Positions 29,886-39,613 are shown, counted from the stretch's first letter. The stretch: 64,000 bases of DNA from Oscillospiraceae bacterium (GCA_022846095.1 AP025583.1:3123279-3187278), one strand, 5' to 3'. Program-made: numbers and translations. The notes: generated from the sequence alone by a model not told the origin.

Positions 29886-30455
29886 ATGAAGGATAGGCTG
29901 CCGGGAACCACCATTGAGGTGGATTTGAGCAGGCCGGACGCGGCCGAAGCCCTACTCTCCCCCCTCTTTCTCGCGGGCGGGCTGATGCTGTCACAGGTGG
30001 CGCGGCTCACGGGGCTGGAGCCCTACGTCATCCAGAACTGGGTGCGGCGGGGGTACGTGGCCCCGCCGGTGAAACGGCGGTACAGCCGCCGCCAGTTCTG
30101 CCGCATCGCAGTCATCAACATGCTCAAGGATTCCCTGCAGCTGGAGAAAATCTGCGCGCTGCTGTCCTACATCAACGGGCAGCTGGACGACGAGAGCGAC
30201 GATCTCATCGACGACTCCATGCTCTACGACGGCATCGTCCACGTGGTCTCCCAGGTGGGAGAGGCCCGCATCACCGACGCGGAGGAGCTGCGCGCCTGGT
30301 GCGCTGCGGCGCTGGCCGAATACCCAGAACCCGTCCCGGGCGCCCGGGCGCGGGTGGAGCGGGTGCTCCATATCATCCTGACGGCCTGGCTGGCCGGGCG
30401 CCTCAAACGGGAGGCCGAACAGCTTTTAGATAATTTACAGGAAACCATGTCATAA
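29886..30455 (+). CDS. DUF1836-like protein (possible DNA-binding regulator), first gene of the NfeD-flotillin operon
   Basis: 190 aa. AGGAGG ribosome-binding site. Family assignment is from memory of DUF1836-type sequences; start set at MKDRL. Confidence 0.5.
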   Translation: MKDRLPGTTIEVDLSRPDAAEALLSPLFLAGGLMLSQVARLTGLEPYVIQNWVRRGYVAPPVKRRYSRRQFCRIAVINMLKDSLQLEKICALLSYINGQLDDESDDLIDDSMLYDGIVHVVSQVGEARITDAEELRAWCAAALAEYPEPVPGARARVERVLHIILTAWLAGRLKREAEQLLDNLQETMS

Positions 30456-30510
30456 AACCCTGCGGAAAAACGTTATCCTATTAGAAACCTGAAAGGGAGG
30501 GAGTGTTGTT

Positions 30511-31245
30511 ATGCTGGTGCTCTGGTGGCAATCGCTGAGCCTGTTGGAGCAGATTCTGCTCTACATCGCCGTGCCCGCCACCCTGATCCTGCTCATTCAG
30601 ACCATACTGCTCTTTGTGGGCGGCGTGGCCGGGGGCGACGCGGACGCAGACGCGTCCTGCGACGGCGAGGTGCTGGATTCCGGCGTCATGGACGTGGGGG
30701 ACGGCCTTGACCTGGACGGCGACGGAATCCCCGACCTGGAGCTGGACGCCGATCTGGACGCCGACGCCCCGGACGCCGGCGGCGACACGCCCGGCGACGG
30801 CGGCGACCCCCACGGCGACGCGGCCCACGCGGCCTCCGGGCTGCACGTGCTGACCGTGCGCGGCGTCATCGCCTTCCTGACCCTCTTCGGCTGGAGCGGC
30901 CTGGCCTTCTGCCAGACCGGGATGCCCGCCCTGCTGGCGGTGTTCCTGGCCGTCCCCGTGGGCCTGGCGGGCATGGTGGCCATCGCCCTGCTGCTGCGGG
31001 AGGCCCTCAAGCTCCAGTACGACGGCACCCTGGACCTGCGCAACGCCGTGGGTCTGGAGGGCAGCGTGTACCTCACCGTCCCGGCCCGGCGCGCCGCCCC
31101 CGGCAAGGTGAACGTATTGGTCCAGTCCCAGCTCAGGGAGTTCGAGGCCCTGACCGACAGCGAAACCCCCATCCCCACCGGGGCGGAGATCCTGGTCACC
31201 GCCCTGATCGGCGAAGACACCCTGCTCGTGGAAGAGAAGAAATAG
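30511..31245 (+). CDS. NfeD-family membrane protein (OB-fold C-terminus) with acidic D/G-rich insert
   Basis: N-terminal TM helix, a 60-aa Asp/Gly-rich tract containing the DLDGDGIPD DxDxDG loop, two further TM helices, and a C-terminal NfeD OB-fold-like region (GLEGSVYLTVPARRAAPGKVNVLVQS...). Immediately upstream of a flotillin gene. Confidence 0.7.
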   Translation: MLVLWWQSLSLLEQILLYIAVPATLILLIQTILLFVGGVAGGDADADASCDGEVLDSGVMDVGDGLDLDGDGIPDLELDADLDADAPDAGGDTPGDGGDPHGDAAHAASGLHVLTVRGVIAFLTLFGWSGLAFCQTGMPALLAVFLAVPVGLAGMVAIALLLREALKLQYDGTLDLRNAVGLEGSVYLTVPARRAAPGKVNVLVQSQLREFEALTDSETPIPTGAEILVTALIGEDTLLVEEKK

Positions 31246-31282
31246 GGGCCGCGGCCCCCAAGGAAGAAAGTGAGGTTACTCT

Positions 31283-32719
31283 ATGCCAACCGGTCTGTTC
31301 GGAATGATTCTGACCTGCGTAATCGTGGTTATCGTCTTCTCCCTGCTGCTGTTCCTGCTCAAGCGCTACAAGAAGTGCCCCTCCGACAAGGTGATGGTCA
31401 TCTACGGTAAGGTGGGCAGCAACAAGGACGGCTCCACCAAGTCCGCCCGCTGCATCCACGGCGGCGCCGCCTTTATCTGGCCCGTCATCCAGGCCTACGA
31501 GTTCCTGGATCTGACCCCCCTGTCCATCTCCGTGGACCTGGAGAGCGCCCTGTCCCGCCAGAATATCCGCATCAACGTGCCCTCCCGCTTCACTGTGGGC
31601 GTGTCCACCGAGCCCGGCATCATGCAGAACGCCGCCGAGCGCCTGCTGGGCCTGCGCCTGCAGGAGATCCAGGAGCTGGCCAAGGACATCATCTTCGGCC
31701 AGCTGCGCCTGGTCATCGCCACCATGGACATCGAGGAGATCAACACCGACCGCGACAAGTTCCTGGAGGCCGTCTCCCGCAACGTGGAGGGCGAGCTGAA
31801 GAAGATCGGCCTGCGCCTGATCAACGTGAACGTCACCGACATCTCCGACGAGAGCGGCTACATTGACGCCCTGGGCAAGGAGGCCGCCGCCAAGGCCATC
31901 AACGACGCCAAGAAGAACGTGGCTGAGAAGGACCGCGACGGCTCCATCGGCGAGGCCAACGCCCGCCGCGACCAGCGCATCCAGGTGGCCCAGGCCGACG
32001 CCACGGCCATCCAGGGCGAGAACTCCTCCAAGGTGGAGGTCGCCATGTCCAACGCCCAGCGCCGTGAGAAGGAGGCCGAGGCCACCCGTATCGCCACCGC
32101 CGCCGAGAAGATCGCCGCCGCCCAGGCCCTGGAGGAGGCCTACGCCGCCGAGCAGAAGGCCGAGGCCGCCCGTTTCGCCCGTGAGAAGGCGTCCCAGGAG
32201 GCCGACGTCATCGTCAAGGCTGAGATCGAGAAGCGCCGCAAGGAGCTGGAGGCCGAGGCCGAGGCCGAGCAGATCCGCCGCCGCGCCAAGGGCGAGGCCG
32301 ACGCCATCCTGTCCAAGATGCAGGCCGAGGCCGACGGCGCCCAGGCGCTGCTGGTCAAGCAGGCCGAGGGCCTGCGGGAGATCGTGGCCGCCGCGGGCGG
32401 ACAGGCCGACGAGGCCGTGCGCCTCATGCTGGCCGACAAGATGGAGCAGCTCATGCGCATCCAGGTGGACGCGGTGAAGAACATCAAGATCGACAAGGTC
32501 ACCGTCTGGGACGGCGGCGAGGGCAAGGACGGCAAGACCGCCACCGCCGGCTTCGTCTCCGGGCTGATGAAGTCCATCCCCCCCATGAACGAGCTCTTCG
32601 ACATGGCCGGTATGGAGCTGCCCAACTTCCTGGGCAAGGAGAAGGCCGGGGAGGTCCCCCAGGTCATCCCCGCCCCCGAGGCGCAGCCCCAGGCGGCCGA
32701 GGAGCCCCAGGCCGAATAA
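31283..32719 (+). CDS. floT: flotillin-family SPFH-domain protein (FloT/YuaG-like)
   Basis: N-terminal membrane hairpin, SPFH domain, and a long Ala/Glu-rich coiled-coil (EA repeats). Confidence 0.85.
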   Translation: MPTGLFGMILTCVIVVIVFSLLLFLLKRYKKCPSDKVMVIYGKVGSNKDGSTKSARCIHGGAAFIWPVIQAYEFLDLTPLSISVDLESALSRQNIRINVPSRFTVGVSTEPGIMQNAAERLLGLRLQEIQELAKDIIFGQLRLVIATMDIEEINTDRDKFLEAVSRNVEGELKKIGLRLINVNVTDISDESGYIDALGKEAAAKAINDAKKNVAEKDRDGSIGEANARRDQRIQVAQADATAIQGENSSKVEVAMSNAQRREKEAEATRIATAAEKIAAAQALEEAYAAEQKAEAARFAREKASQEADVIVKAEIEKRRKELEAEAEAEQIRRRAKGEADAILSKMQAEADGAQALLVKQAEGLREIVAAAGGQADEAVRLMLADKMEQLMRIQVDAVKNIKIDKVTVWDGGEGKDGKTATAGFVSGLMKSIPPMNELFDMAGMELPNFLGKEKAGEVPQVIPAPEAQPQAAEEPQAE

Positions 32720-32734
32720 CGCCCCGCAAAGAAA

Positions 32735-32772
32735 CAGGGAGGCAGGTACCTTTGGTACCTGCCTCCCTGTGT
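32735..32772. terminator. bidirectional rho-independent terminator
   Basis: Hairpin cagggaggcaggtacc-tttg-gtacctgcctccctg. Confidence 0.7.
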
Positions 32773-32837
32773 ATGCTGCCGCAGCTGGGACGGGAAGGGC
32801 CCGACCCTAATTTTGGCGTCCTTCTGCGCTTAGTGTG

Positions 32838-34871
32838 TTACGCCGCGGGTACGGTGAGCACCTGGCCAATCTGAATCCAGCTGGGGTCCTTGATCTGATC
32901 CTTGTTGGCGTCGTAGAGCACCGTCCACTTGGTGCCGGTGCCGTAGAGGCCCTGGGCGATGCTCCACAGGCTGTCGCCTGCCTTGACGGTGTAGGTATCC
33001 CCCGCGGGCGCCGGGGCGGGAGCGGGCGCCGGGGACGGCTCAGGCGTGGGAACGGGGGCCGGGGTGGGTTCAGGCGTGGGGGCCGGGGTCTCCCCCTCCA
33101 GGGCGGGCAGCTTGCCCGCCGCCCGCAGGGCCGGGCCGTTCAGGGACGCCACGTTGGGGGTGCGGCCGTCCTCGGAGGTGGGCACGGTCAGCACGCCGGA
33201 GCGGACCATCTCGTAGATCTGGTCCTTCTGGGGGTCGTCCAGGGGCGCGCCGACGATCTTCCAGTTGTGGTCGCATACGGGCATCAGGGGGCCGTCCAGG
33301 GCAGCCACGTAGTCGGTGATCATATCGCGGACCGCGCCGCCCTCGTAGTACACGTCGGACTCGTTAATAAGCCCCGCCCCCACCAGGCCGCCGTAGCGGT
33401 AGTTGTTGAGGGCCAGCTTGAGCACCTCGTCGTCCTTCAGGGGCTCGCCCTTGTAGGTGACGTTGACGATGCGCGACCCGGCGGGCTTGGAGATGTCGAT
33501 CTCGTAGTTCACCCCGGCGAACATGTCGTAGTTGTACATGCGGATGTCCGGGTTGAAGCTGATGGTCACGTCGCCGGGCTGGTACTGGTTGAAGAAATTG
33601 CCCGCGTGCTCCTCCATGATGGCCTTGAGCTGCGCGCCCGTGACCGTCACGCCAAAGAGGGTGTTGTCGTACTTGTAGATCTTCACGCTGTCCCGGTTCA
33701 GGAAGGGGCCCTTCTCCAGGTTGGCGTCCTCGGTGAACAGGGCGGCCAGGGACACGTCGGCGCCGGCCTGCTCCATCTGCACCAGGTTCACAAGGTCGGT
33801 GATGGGGTTATCCTCGATGATGGCCCGGGGAATGCCGGGCAGGAGGTACACGGGGTCCATAAAGGTCTCCCCCACCTCGCCCACCTGCTTGGCGGCCAGG
33901 GTCAGGCTCTTGTCGTGCAGGTCCTTGAACTCGGCCAGGAAGGCCGCGTCGGGCTCCACGGTGGAGCAGTCGATGAGCTTGCCGGTGGTCTGATCCCGGT
34001 CCACCACCCACTTGCCGTCCTCCTGGGACAGGGTGATGCTCAGCTTGCCCACGTACTGGCCGTTGCTGCCGGGCTCCAGCACGGGGATGCCGCCGATGGT
34101 CTCCTCAATCTTGGAGTGGGCGTGGCCGATGAGCAGGGCGTCCATCCGGTCGCCGTAGGTCTCCGCCACCTGGCGCATCCCCTCGGTGCCGTACTCGCCG
34201 TCCAGGCCGTAGTGCACGCTGCCGATGATCACGTCGGCCTTGCCCTCCAGCTCGTCCAGGATCTTGCCGGTCTCCTCCATGGGCGTGGTGAAGGTCATGT
34301 TGTCGTAGTGGGTGGGGTCGGACTTCTCCCACTGGGGGATGTGGGGGGCGTCGATGCCGAAGATGGCCACCTTCACGCCGTCCACGTCGAAGATCTCGTA
34401 GGCGTCCAGCCAGCGGGTACCGTCGGCCTTGTAGATGTTGCCGGCCAGGGTGGTGCCCTCAAACTCCGAGATCTCCTTCTCCACATAGTTAAAGCCGAAA
34501 TTGAACTCGTGGTTGCCCAGGGTCCAGGTGTCGTAGTCCAGGTAGTTGAGGGCGTGGATGATGGGGTTGGGCACGTCGTCCCTGAACTCCTGGATGTAGT
34601 TGGCCTGGGTCGTGTCGCCGGTGTCCACCAGCAGCAGATCCGGGTCGGCGGCGCGCTCCTGCGCGATGACGGCGGCCACGTGGGCCATGCTGGTGGCGTT
34701 TTCCTTGTTGGATGCGTAGTCGAAGGGATATACCATGCCGTGCAGGTCGCTGGTCTGGAGTACGGTGATGGTCCTGGTCTCCCCGGTGGCGGCGAAGCCG
34801 GGCACCGCCAGCCCCAGCGCCATAACCAGCGCCAGGACCAGTGCGAGGATCCGATTGCGTTTGCCTTGCAT
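32838..34871 (-). CDS. secreted bifunctional metallophosphatase/5'-nucleotidase (UshA/CpdB-like) with C-terminal LysM domain
   Basis: Signal peptide. Calcineurin-like metallophosphoesterase motifs (DLHG, GDTTQ, GNHEF) plus a 5'-nucleotidase C-terminal domain. Pro-rich linker, then LysM (YTVKAGDSLWSIAQ...IQIGQVLTVP). Confidence 0.85.
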   Translation of the reverse strand: MQGKRNRILALVLALVMALGLAVPGFAATGETRTITVLQTSDLHGMVYPFDYASNKENATSMAHVAAVIAQERAADPDLLLVDTGDTTQANYIQEFRDDVPNPIIHALNYLDYDTWTLGNHEFNFGFNYVEKEISEFEGTTLAGNIYKADGTRWLDAYEIFDVDGVKVAIFGIDAPHIPQWEKSDPTHYDNMTFTTPMEETGKILDELEGKADVIIGSVHYGLDGEYGTEGMRQVAETYGDRMDALLIGHAHSKIEETIGGIPVLEPGSNGQYVGKLSITLSQEDGKWVVDRDQTTGKLIDCSTVEPDAAFLAEFKDLHDKSLTLAAKQVGEVGETFMDPVYLLPGIPRAIIEDNPITDLVNLVQMEQAGADVSLAALFTEDANLEKGPFLNRDSVKIYKYDNTLFGVTVTGAQLKAIMEEHAGNFFNQYQPGDVTISFNPDIRMYNYDMFAGVNYEIDISKPAGSRIVNVTYKGEPLKDDEVLKLALNNYRYGGLVGAGLINESDVYYEGGAVRDMITDYVAALDGPLMPVCDHNWKIVGAPLDDPQKDQIYEMVRSGVLTVPTSEDGRTPNVASLNGPALRAAGKLPALEGETPAPTPEPTPAPVPTPEPSPAPAPAPAPAGDTYTVKAGDSLWSIAQGLYGTGTKWTVLYDANKDQIKDPSWIQIGQVLTVPAA

Positions 34872-34985
34872 TCCCTATCTACCTCCAATCAAATTAGAGC
34901 CGCACTTCCTCGGGCTCCTATACAAATGATACAACAGCGCCCCGGTAAAATCAACCATTTTCCTGTGCACTTTCACAAAAAGTCA

Positions 34986-35025
34986 CCCGCCCGCGGCATG
35001 AGCCGCGGGCGGGTAAAAAATTCTG
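34986..35025 (-). terminator. rho-independent terminator downstream of the SLH-nucleotidase gene
   Basis: Minus-strand hairpin acccgcccgcggctcatgccgcgggcgggt followed by TTTTTGT. Confidence 0.65.
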
Positions 35026-35048
35026 CAGTTTTTCGTGACTTCAGCTGC

Positions 35049-38000
35049 TTACGCGGCCTTCTCGGCGGCGATGGGGGTGGAGAGCAGGGTCTGGAGGGAG
35101 TCCACCTGCTTCTGGGTCAGGCCGCAGGAGATCAGGTAGTCGGTGGCGGCCTTCTCCAGGTCCACCTTGGACAGGTCGGCGCCCTTCTCCAGGCCGGCCA
35201 GCTTGGCCAGGTCGGTGAGGACGTTGGAGGCGGCGATCTTCTCGTACTGCTCGCTGCCCTTCTCCACATGGTAGTAGTTGACGAAGGAGGTCATGTAGTC
35301 GTCCTTGATCTCCTGGACGGTGCCGCCCATCAGGCTCTCCAGCAGGATGGCCATAAAGCCGGCGCGGTCCTTGCCCTCGGTGCAGTGGAACAGGTAGGGG
35401 CCCTCGTGGCTGAGCATGAACTCGATGCCGTCCTGCATCTTGGCCTTGAATTCGTCGGCGTACACGTCCACGCCCATGTCCAGGGCGATGACGTCGCCGT
35501 CCTTGAAGGCCGCGGCGTAGTAGGGGGAGGCGAAGTTCTCGGTGTCGGCGATATAGCCCTTCAGCACCTCTTCGGAGTCGGCCAGGTTGATGAAGGTGTT
35601 GACGCCGGCGGCCTCAGCCAGCTTGTCGGCGGTGGAGGCGCGGCCCAGCTCGGGGTTGATGGGGCTGCTGGAGCGGTACAGGACGCCCTCGGCGATGTCG
35701 CCGATGGTGATGGGGCGGAAGTTGGCGAACACCTCGTCGCTGGCGTAGTCGGCGCGGACGTTGGTGCGCTTGGCGTCGATGTTGTGCAGCTCATACTCGT
35801 CCAGGTAGCCGCCGCGCTCGTTCATGGTGATGGTAACGGTGTCGCCCACCTTGACGCCGTAGACCTCGGCGAAGCTGCCGCGGTTGACGGCCAGCATCAG
35901 GGGGTCGTGGCCCTCCATCATCATGCAGATGTCGGTGTTCTGATCCACGTCGCTGAACGCGGTGCCCACGGGGACGATCACGGTCTTGCCGCCCACGGTG
36001 ACGTTGACCAGATCGCCGGTGGCGTAGCCGGCGGCGCGGAAGTCGGCCTGGGTGATGTCCAGGTCGGCGTTGCCGTACTTGCCGACCTCGATGATCTTGG
36101 CGGAGACCTCCTTGGGCTCAACCACCACGGCGGGGGTGAGCTTGGAGAAGTTGAGCATGACCTGGGCCAGCTCGGCGCGGGTCAGGCTGCCCGTGGGGTT
36201 CAGGTTGCCCTTCTGGTCGCCCTTCATCAGGCCGCCGTAGTAGCAGAAGGTCATGCCGCTCAGGAAGTTCTCGGGGATGCTCTCGTAGTCGGGGGCCTCC
36301 CGCATGGCCATGCCGGCGGTATCCACGGTGATGCCCTTGTAGGCGGCGTAGTCGGCGATGATCTGGGCCAGCTCGGCGCGGGTGATCACGCCGTCGGCGC
36401 CGAAGGCCGCGTCTTTGAACAGCTTGACGGAGGCGGCCCAGTTGACGCTGTCGGCATACCACTTGCCGGCCACGTCGGCCACGGTGGCAGCGGCGGTGGG
36501 CTTGCCCTCCAGATTGTAGAGGATCTGGTAGATGGTGGCGCGGGTGACGGTGTTGGTCGCGGCGAACTTGCCGTTGCCGATGCCGGACATGATGCCCGCG
36601 TCGGTCACGTAGCCGGCGGCGGCGGCGTACCAGTCGGCGGCGCTCACGTCGGCATAGTTCACGGTGATGCGGCCGGCGCTCTTGCCGTACTTGTCGGCGG
36701 AGATGACGCCGCCCAGCTCGTTGGTGATGTAGTTCATGACCACCTCGTCCATGGGGACGCCCAGGTCATAGTTCACGCTGGCGGCGGCAAAGGCGTAGTA
36801 GGTATCGCCGCCGGAGGCCATAAAGTCGTTGGTGGCGATGGTGTAGGTAGCAGCGGGGTCAAAGGCCTTACCGCCCACGGACGCGATGGTCACGCGGCCG
36901 ATGCTGGCGGGGGCGTAGTAGGTGGAGGCGGGGTAGAGCTCACCCTGGTCAAAGGCCACGGTGGTGTTGACGGTGAAGTCAATCCCGGAGACCTGGGGGA
37001 AGCCGCCGATGGCCTCGGGGGTGCAGTAGGTGGACGCCTCCAGGGCCTCCAGCAGCTCGGCGCCGGTGACCTTGACGATGTTCAGGGTGTTGCCGAAGGG
37101 CAGGACGGTGTTGATGTCCTTCTTGGTGACCTCGCCCGCGTTGATGGTGGCGCGGATGCCGCCGCCGTTGGTGACGGCCGCGTCCACCTGCTCGCCGGCC
37201 TGGGTGGCGCCCCAGACCAGGGCGTCGGTGATCAGATCGCCCAGGTTGGTCTCCTCCGTGCGGTTGCCGGGGGCCTTGGCGCCGTTGAGCTCCACGGCGC
37301 TGGTGGCGAACACGGTGCCGTAGTCGGCCTCGATCTCAGCCGCGATGGCCGCGGCGCGGTCGGCGATGGCCTGATCGGATGCGGTCATATCCTCGGTGGG
37401 CAGGTTCAGCGTGGCGATGCCGTCCTTGGCGATGACCACGGCGCCCACGTTGGCCAGCTTGGTGCCGGTGGAGGTCAGCAGGGTATCCCCCACCATGCCG
37501 GTGCCGTTGGTGGCCTCCTTGACGGCGGCCAGGTCGGAGTGGGAGTGGCCGTCGATGAACACGTCGATGCCGTTCACCTTCTCCAGCAGGTCGATGGAGC
37601 GGTTGCCGGTGGACTCGGCGTCAATGCCCAGGTGGCCAATGCAGATGATGAGCTCACAGCCGGCGGCCTTGAGCTCATCGACCTGCGCCTGGGCGCAGGC
37701 GAACATCTCGTCGCCGGCCAGGAAGCTCACGCCCTTGATTTTAGCGGGGTGGGCCTTCGTGGCGGTCTCGGGGGTGTCCAGGCCGAAGAAGCCGATCTTG
37801 GTGCCGTCGGGGGCCTCAAACACCTTGTTGGTGCCGAAGGCGGGCTTGCCCTCGTAGAGCACGTTGGCGGCCAGGATGGGGAAGTCGGCCTTTTCGGACA
37901 GGGCCTTGAGATTCTCGTAGCCGTAGTCGAACTCATGGTTGCCGGGGGCGGCCAGGTCGTACCCGGCCATGTTCATGAGCTCCACGGCCGTGGCGCCCTC

Positions 38001-38261
38001 GGACACGCTGACCGTGGGGTCGCCCTGGATGAAGTCGCCCGCGTCCACCAGCAGGACGTAGGCGCCCATCTTCTCGTACGTGGCCTTCAGCGCCGCCACT
38101 TTGGCATAGCTGTCGATCGCGCCGTGGACGTCGTTGGTGTGCAGGATGACGACGGACCCGGTCAGGTCCGCCTCCTCCTCGGCGGCCATGGCGGGTACGA
38201 ACAGGGAGCACACCATGGCAAGCACCAGGAGCAGGGACAGGAACTTGCTTGCGCGTTTCAT
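35049..38261 (-). CDS. large secreted multidomain protein: 5'-nucleotidase/metallophosphatase + three SLH (S-layer homology) repeats + C-terminal CX5R protein-tyrosine-phosphatase-like domain
   Basis: Signal peptide. N-terminal ~530 aa has metallophosphatase/5'-nucleotidase motifs (NDVHG, GDFIQGD, GNHEFD). Three SLH-like repeats follow (ADWYAAAAGYVTDAGIMSG..., KWYADSVNWAA..., ...NLNPTGSLTRAELAQVML). The C-terminal domain has an HCTEGKDRAG motif (C-x5-R). Confidence 0.75.
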   Translation of the reverse strand: MKRASKFLSLLLVLAMVCSLFVPAMAAEEEADLTGSVVILHTNDVHGAIDSYAKVAALKATYEKMGAYVLLVDAGDFIQGDPTVSVSEGATAVELMNMAGYDLAAPGNHEFDYGYENLKALSEKADFPILAANVLYEGKPAFGTNKVFEAPDGTKIGFFGLDTPETATKAHPAKIKGVSFLAGDEMFACAQAQVDELKAAGCELIICIGHLGIDAESTGNRSIDLLEKVNGIDVFIDGHSHSDLAAVKEATNGTGMVGDTLLTSTGTKLANVGAVVIAKDGIATLNLPTEDMTASDQAIADRAAAIAAEIEADYGTVFATSAVELNGAKAPGNRTEETNLGDLITDALVWGATQAGEQVDAAVTNGGGIRATINAGEVTKKDINTVLPFGNTLNIVKVTGAELLEALEASTYCTPEAIGGFPQVSGIDFTVNTTVAFDQGELYPASTYYAPASIGRVTIASVGGKAFDPAATYTIATNDFMASGGDTYYAFAAASVNYDLGVPMDEVVMNYITNELGGVISADKYGKSAGRITVNYADVSAADWYAAAAGYVTDAGIMSGIGNGKFAATNTVTRATIYQILYNLEGKPTAAATVADVAGKWYADSVNWAASVKLFKDAAFGADGVITRAELAQIIADYAAYKGITVDTAGMAMREAPDYESIPENFLSGMTFCYYGGLMKGDQKGNLNPTGSLTRAELAQVMLNFSKLTPAVVVEPKEVSAKIIEVGKYGNADLDITQADFRAAGYATGDLVNVTVGGKTVIVPVGTAFSDVDQNTDICMMMEGHDPLMLAVNRGSFAEVYGVKVGDTVTITMNERGGYLDEYELHNIDAKRTNVRADYASDEVFANFRPITIGDIAEGVLYRSSSPINPELGRASTADKLAEAAGVNTFINLADSEEVLKGYIADTENFASPYYAAAFKDGDVIALDMGVDVYADEFKAKMQDGIEFMLSHEGPYLFHCTEGKDRAGFMAILLESLMGGTVQEIKDDYMTSFVNYYHVEKGSEQYEKIAASNVLTDLAKLAGLEKGADLSKVDLEKAATDYLISCGLTQKQVDSLQTLLSTPIAAEKAA

Positions 38262-38491
38262 TGAGACATTCCACCTTTCATTCCAGATAGGGGTTTCCCC
38301 TATAGTTTGGACAAACTAATAGTAACAAAACGGAAACAAGATTACAAGTGCCCCGGGCAAAAAACTTAGGAAAATGTACCCGCGGGCCCCCGCCCTCCCC
38401 GGTCATTTTTCGCCGCTTTATACAAAGAAGGGCGGCGGGGCTTCCGCCCGCGCCGCCTTTGACGACAGATTCAGTTTTCCCGGGCCGGGGC

Positions 38492-39613
38492 CTATTTTGC
38501 CGCCCAGTTTCCGGTAGCCTCGGCTTTCAGGTATGCGTTGATGAAGCCGTCCAGATCGCCGTCCATGACGGCGTTGATGTTACTGGTCTCGAAGCCGGTG
38601 CGGTTGTCCTTCACCAGCTGGTAGGGCATAAAGACGTAGGAGCGGATCTGGCTGCCCCACTCGATTTTCAGCTGCACGCCCTTGATGTCGGAGATTTTCT
38701 CCAGATGGGCCTCCATCTTGAGCTGCACCAGCCGGGAGCGGAGCATACGCATACAGTTGTCCCGGTTCTGGAACTGGCTGCGCTCGGTCTGGCAGGAGAC
38801 CACCACCCCCGTGGGCTTGTGGATCAGGCGCACGGCGGAGGAGGTCTTGTTGACGTGCTGCCCGCCCGCGCCGGAGGAGCGGTAGACCTGCATCTCGATG
38901 TCCTCGGGGCGGATGTCCACCTCCACGTCGTCGGGGATCTCGGGCATAATCTCCACGGCGGAGAAGGAGGTCTGGCGGCGGGCCTGGGCGTCGAAGGGGG
39001 ACACCCGCACCAGCCGGTGCACCCCGTGCTCGCTGCGCAGGTAGCCGTAGGCGTTCTCACCGGTAATGGTGATGGTGGCGCTCTTGATGCCGCCCTCCTC
39101 ACAGCCCTGGTAGTCCATGATTTTGCAGGCGAAGCCGTGGCGCTCGGCCCAGCGGGTGTACATGCGCAGGAGCATCTCCGCCCAGTCCTGGGCCTCGGTG
39201 CCGCCCGCGCCGGGGTGGATGTTGAGGATGGCGTTGGAGTTGTCGTACTCGCCGGTGAAGAGGGTGGAAAGCCGCGCCTCCTCCATCTCCCGCTCCAGGG
39301 CCGCGTAGCCCTCCTCCAGCTCGGGGATCAGGGAGGCGTCCTCCTCCTCGTTGCCCATCTCACACAGGGTCATCAGGTCTTCCCACGCGCCGGTGCGCTT
39401 CTTCTGCCCCTCCACCTTGTCCAGCAGCTGCTTGATGCGCTGCTGCACCTTCTGGGCCTTCTCCAGGTTGTCCCAGAAGCCGTCGGCCGCGCTCTCGGCC
39501 TGGAGCATGTCCAGCTCCCGCTCGGCGGCGGCCAGGCCCAGGGACTGGCCCAGCTCCTCCAGATCGGGCAGCAGATTGTTGAGCTTTATCTTATATTCGT
39601 CGAATTGCAGCAT
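38492..39613 (-). CDS. prfB: peptide chain release factor 2, single continuous frame (no programmed +1 frameshift site)
   Basis: SPFDAQARRQTSFS (RF2-specific SPF tripeptide) and the GGQHVNKT GGQ motif. The N-terminal region aligns colinearly with Bacillus RF2 across the position of the CUU UGA shift site, but reads ...SLGLAAAERE with no stop. Start could alternatively be the upstream GTG at 39643. Confidence 0.85.
   Translation of the reverse strand: MLQFDEYKIKLNNLLPDLEELGQSLGLAAAERELDMLQAESAADGFWDNLEKAQKVQQRIKQLLDKVEGQKKRTGAWEDLMTLCEMGNEEEDASLIPELEEGYAALEREMEEARLSTLFTGEYDNSNAILNIHPGAGGTEAQDWAEMLLRMYTRWAERHGFACKIMDYQGCEEGGIKSATITITGENAYGYLRSEHGVHRLVRVSPFDAQARRQTSFSAVEIMPEIPDDVEVDIRPEDIEMQVYRSSGAGGQHVNKTSSAVRLIHKPTGVVVSCQTERSQFQNRDNCMRMLRSRLVQLKMEAHLEKISDIKGVQLKIEWGSQIRSYVFMPYQLVKDNRTGFETSNINAVMDGDLDGFINAYLKAEATGNWAAK

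Noticed and set aside
32835-38264. 1809-aa plus-strand ORF
   Set aside because: Antisense to the two 5'-nucleotidase genes. Spans their intergenic terminator, which no real gene would do.
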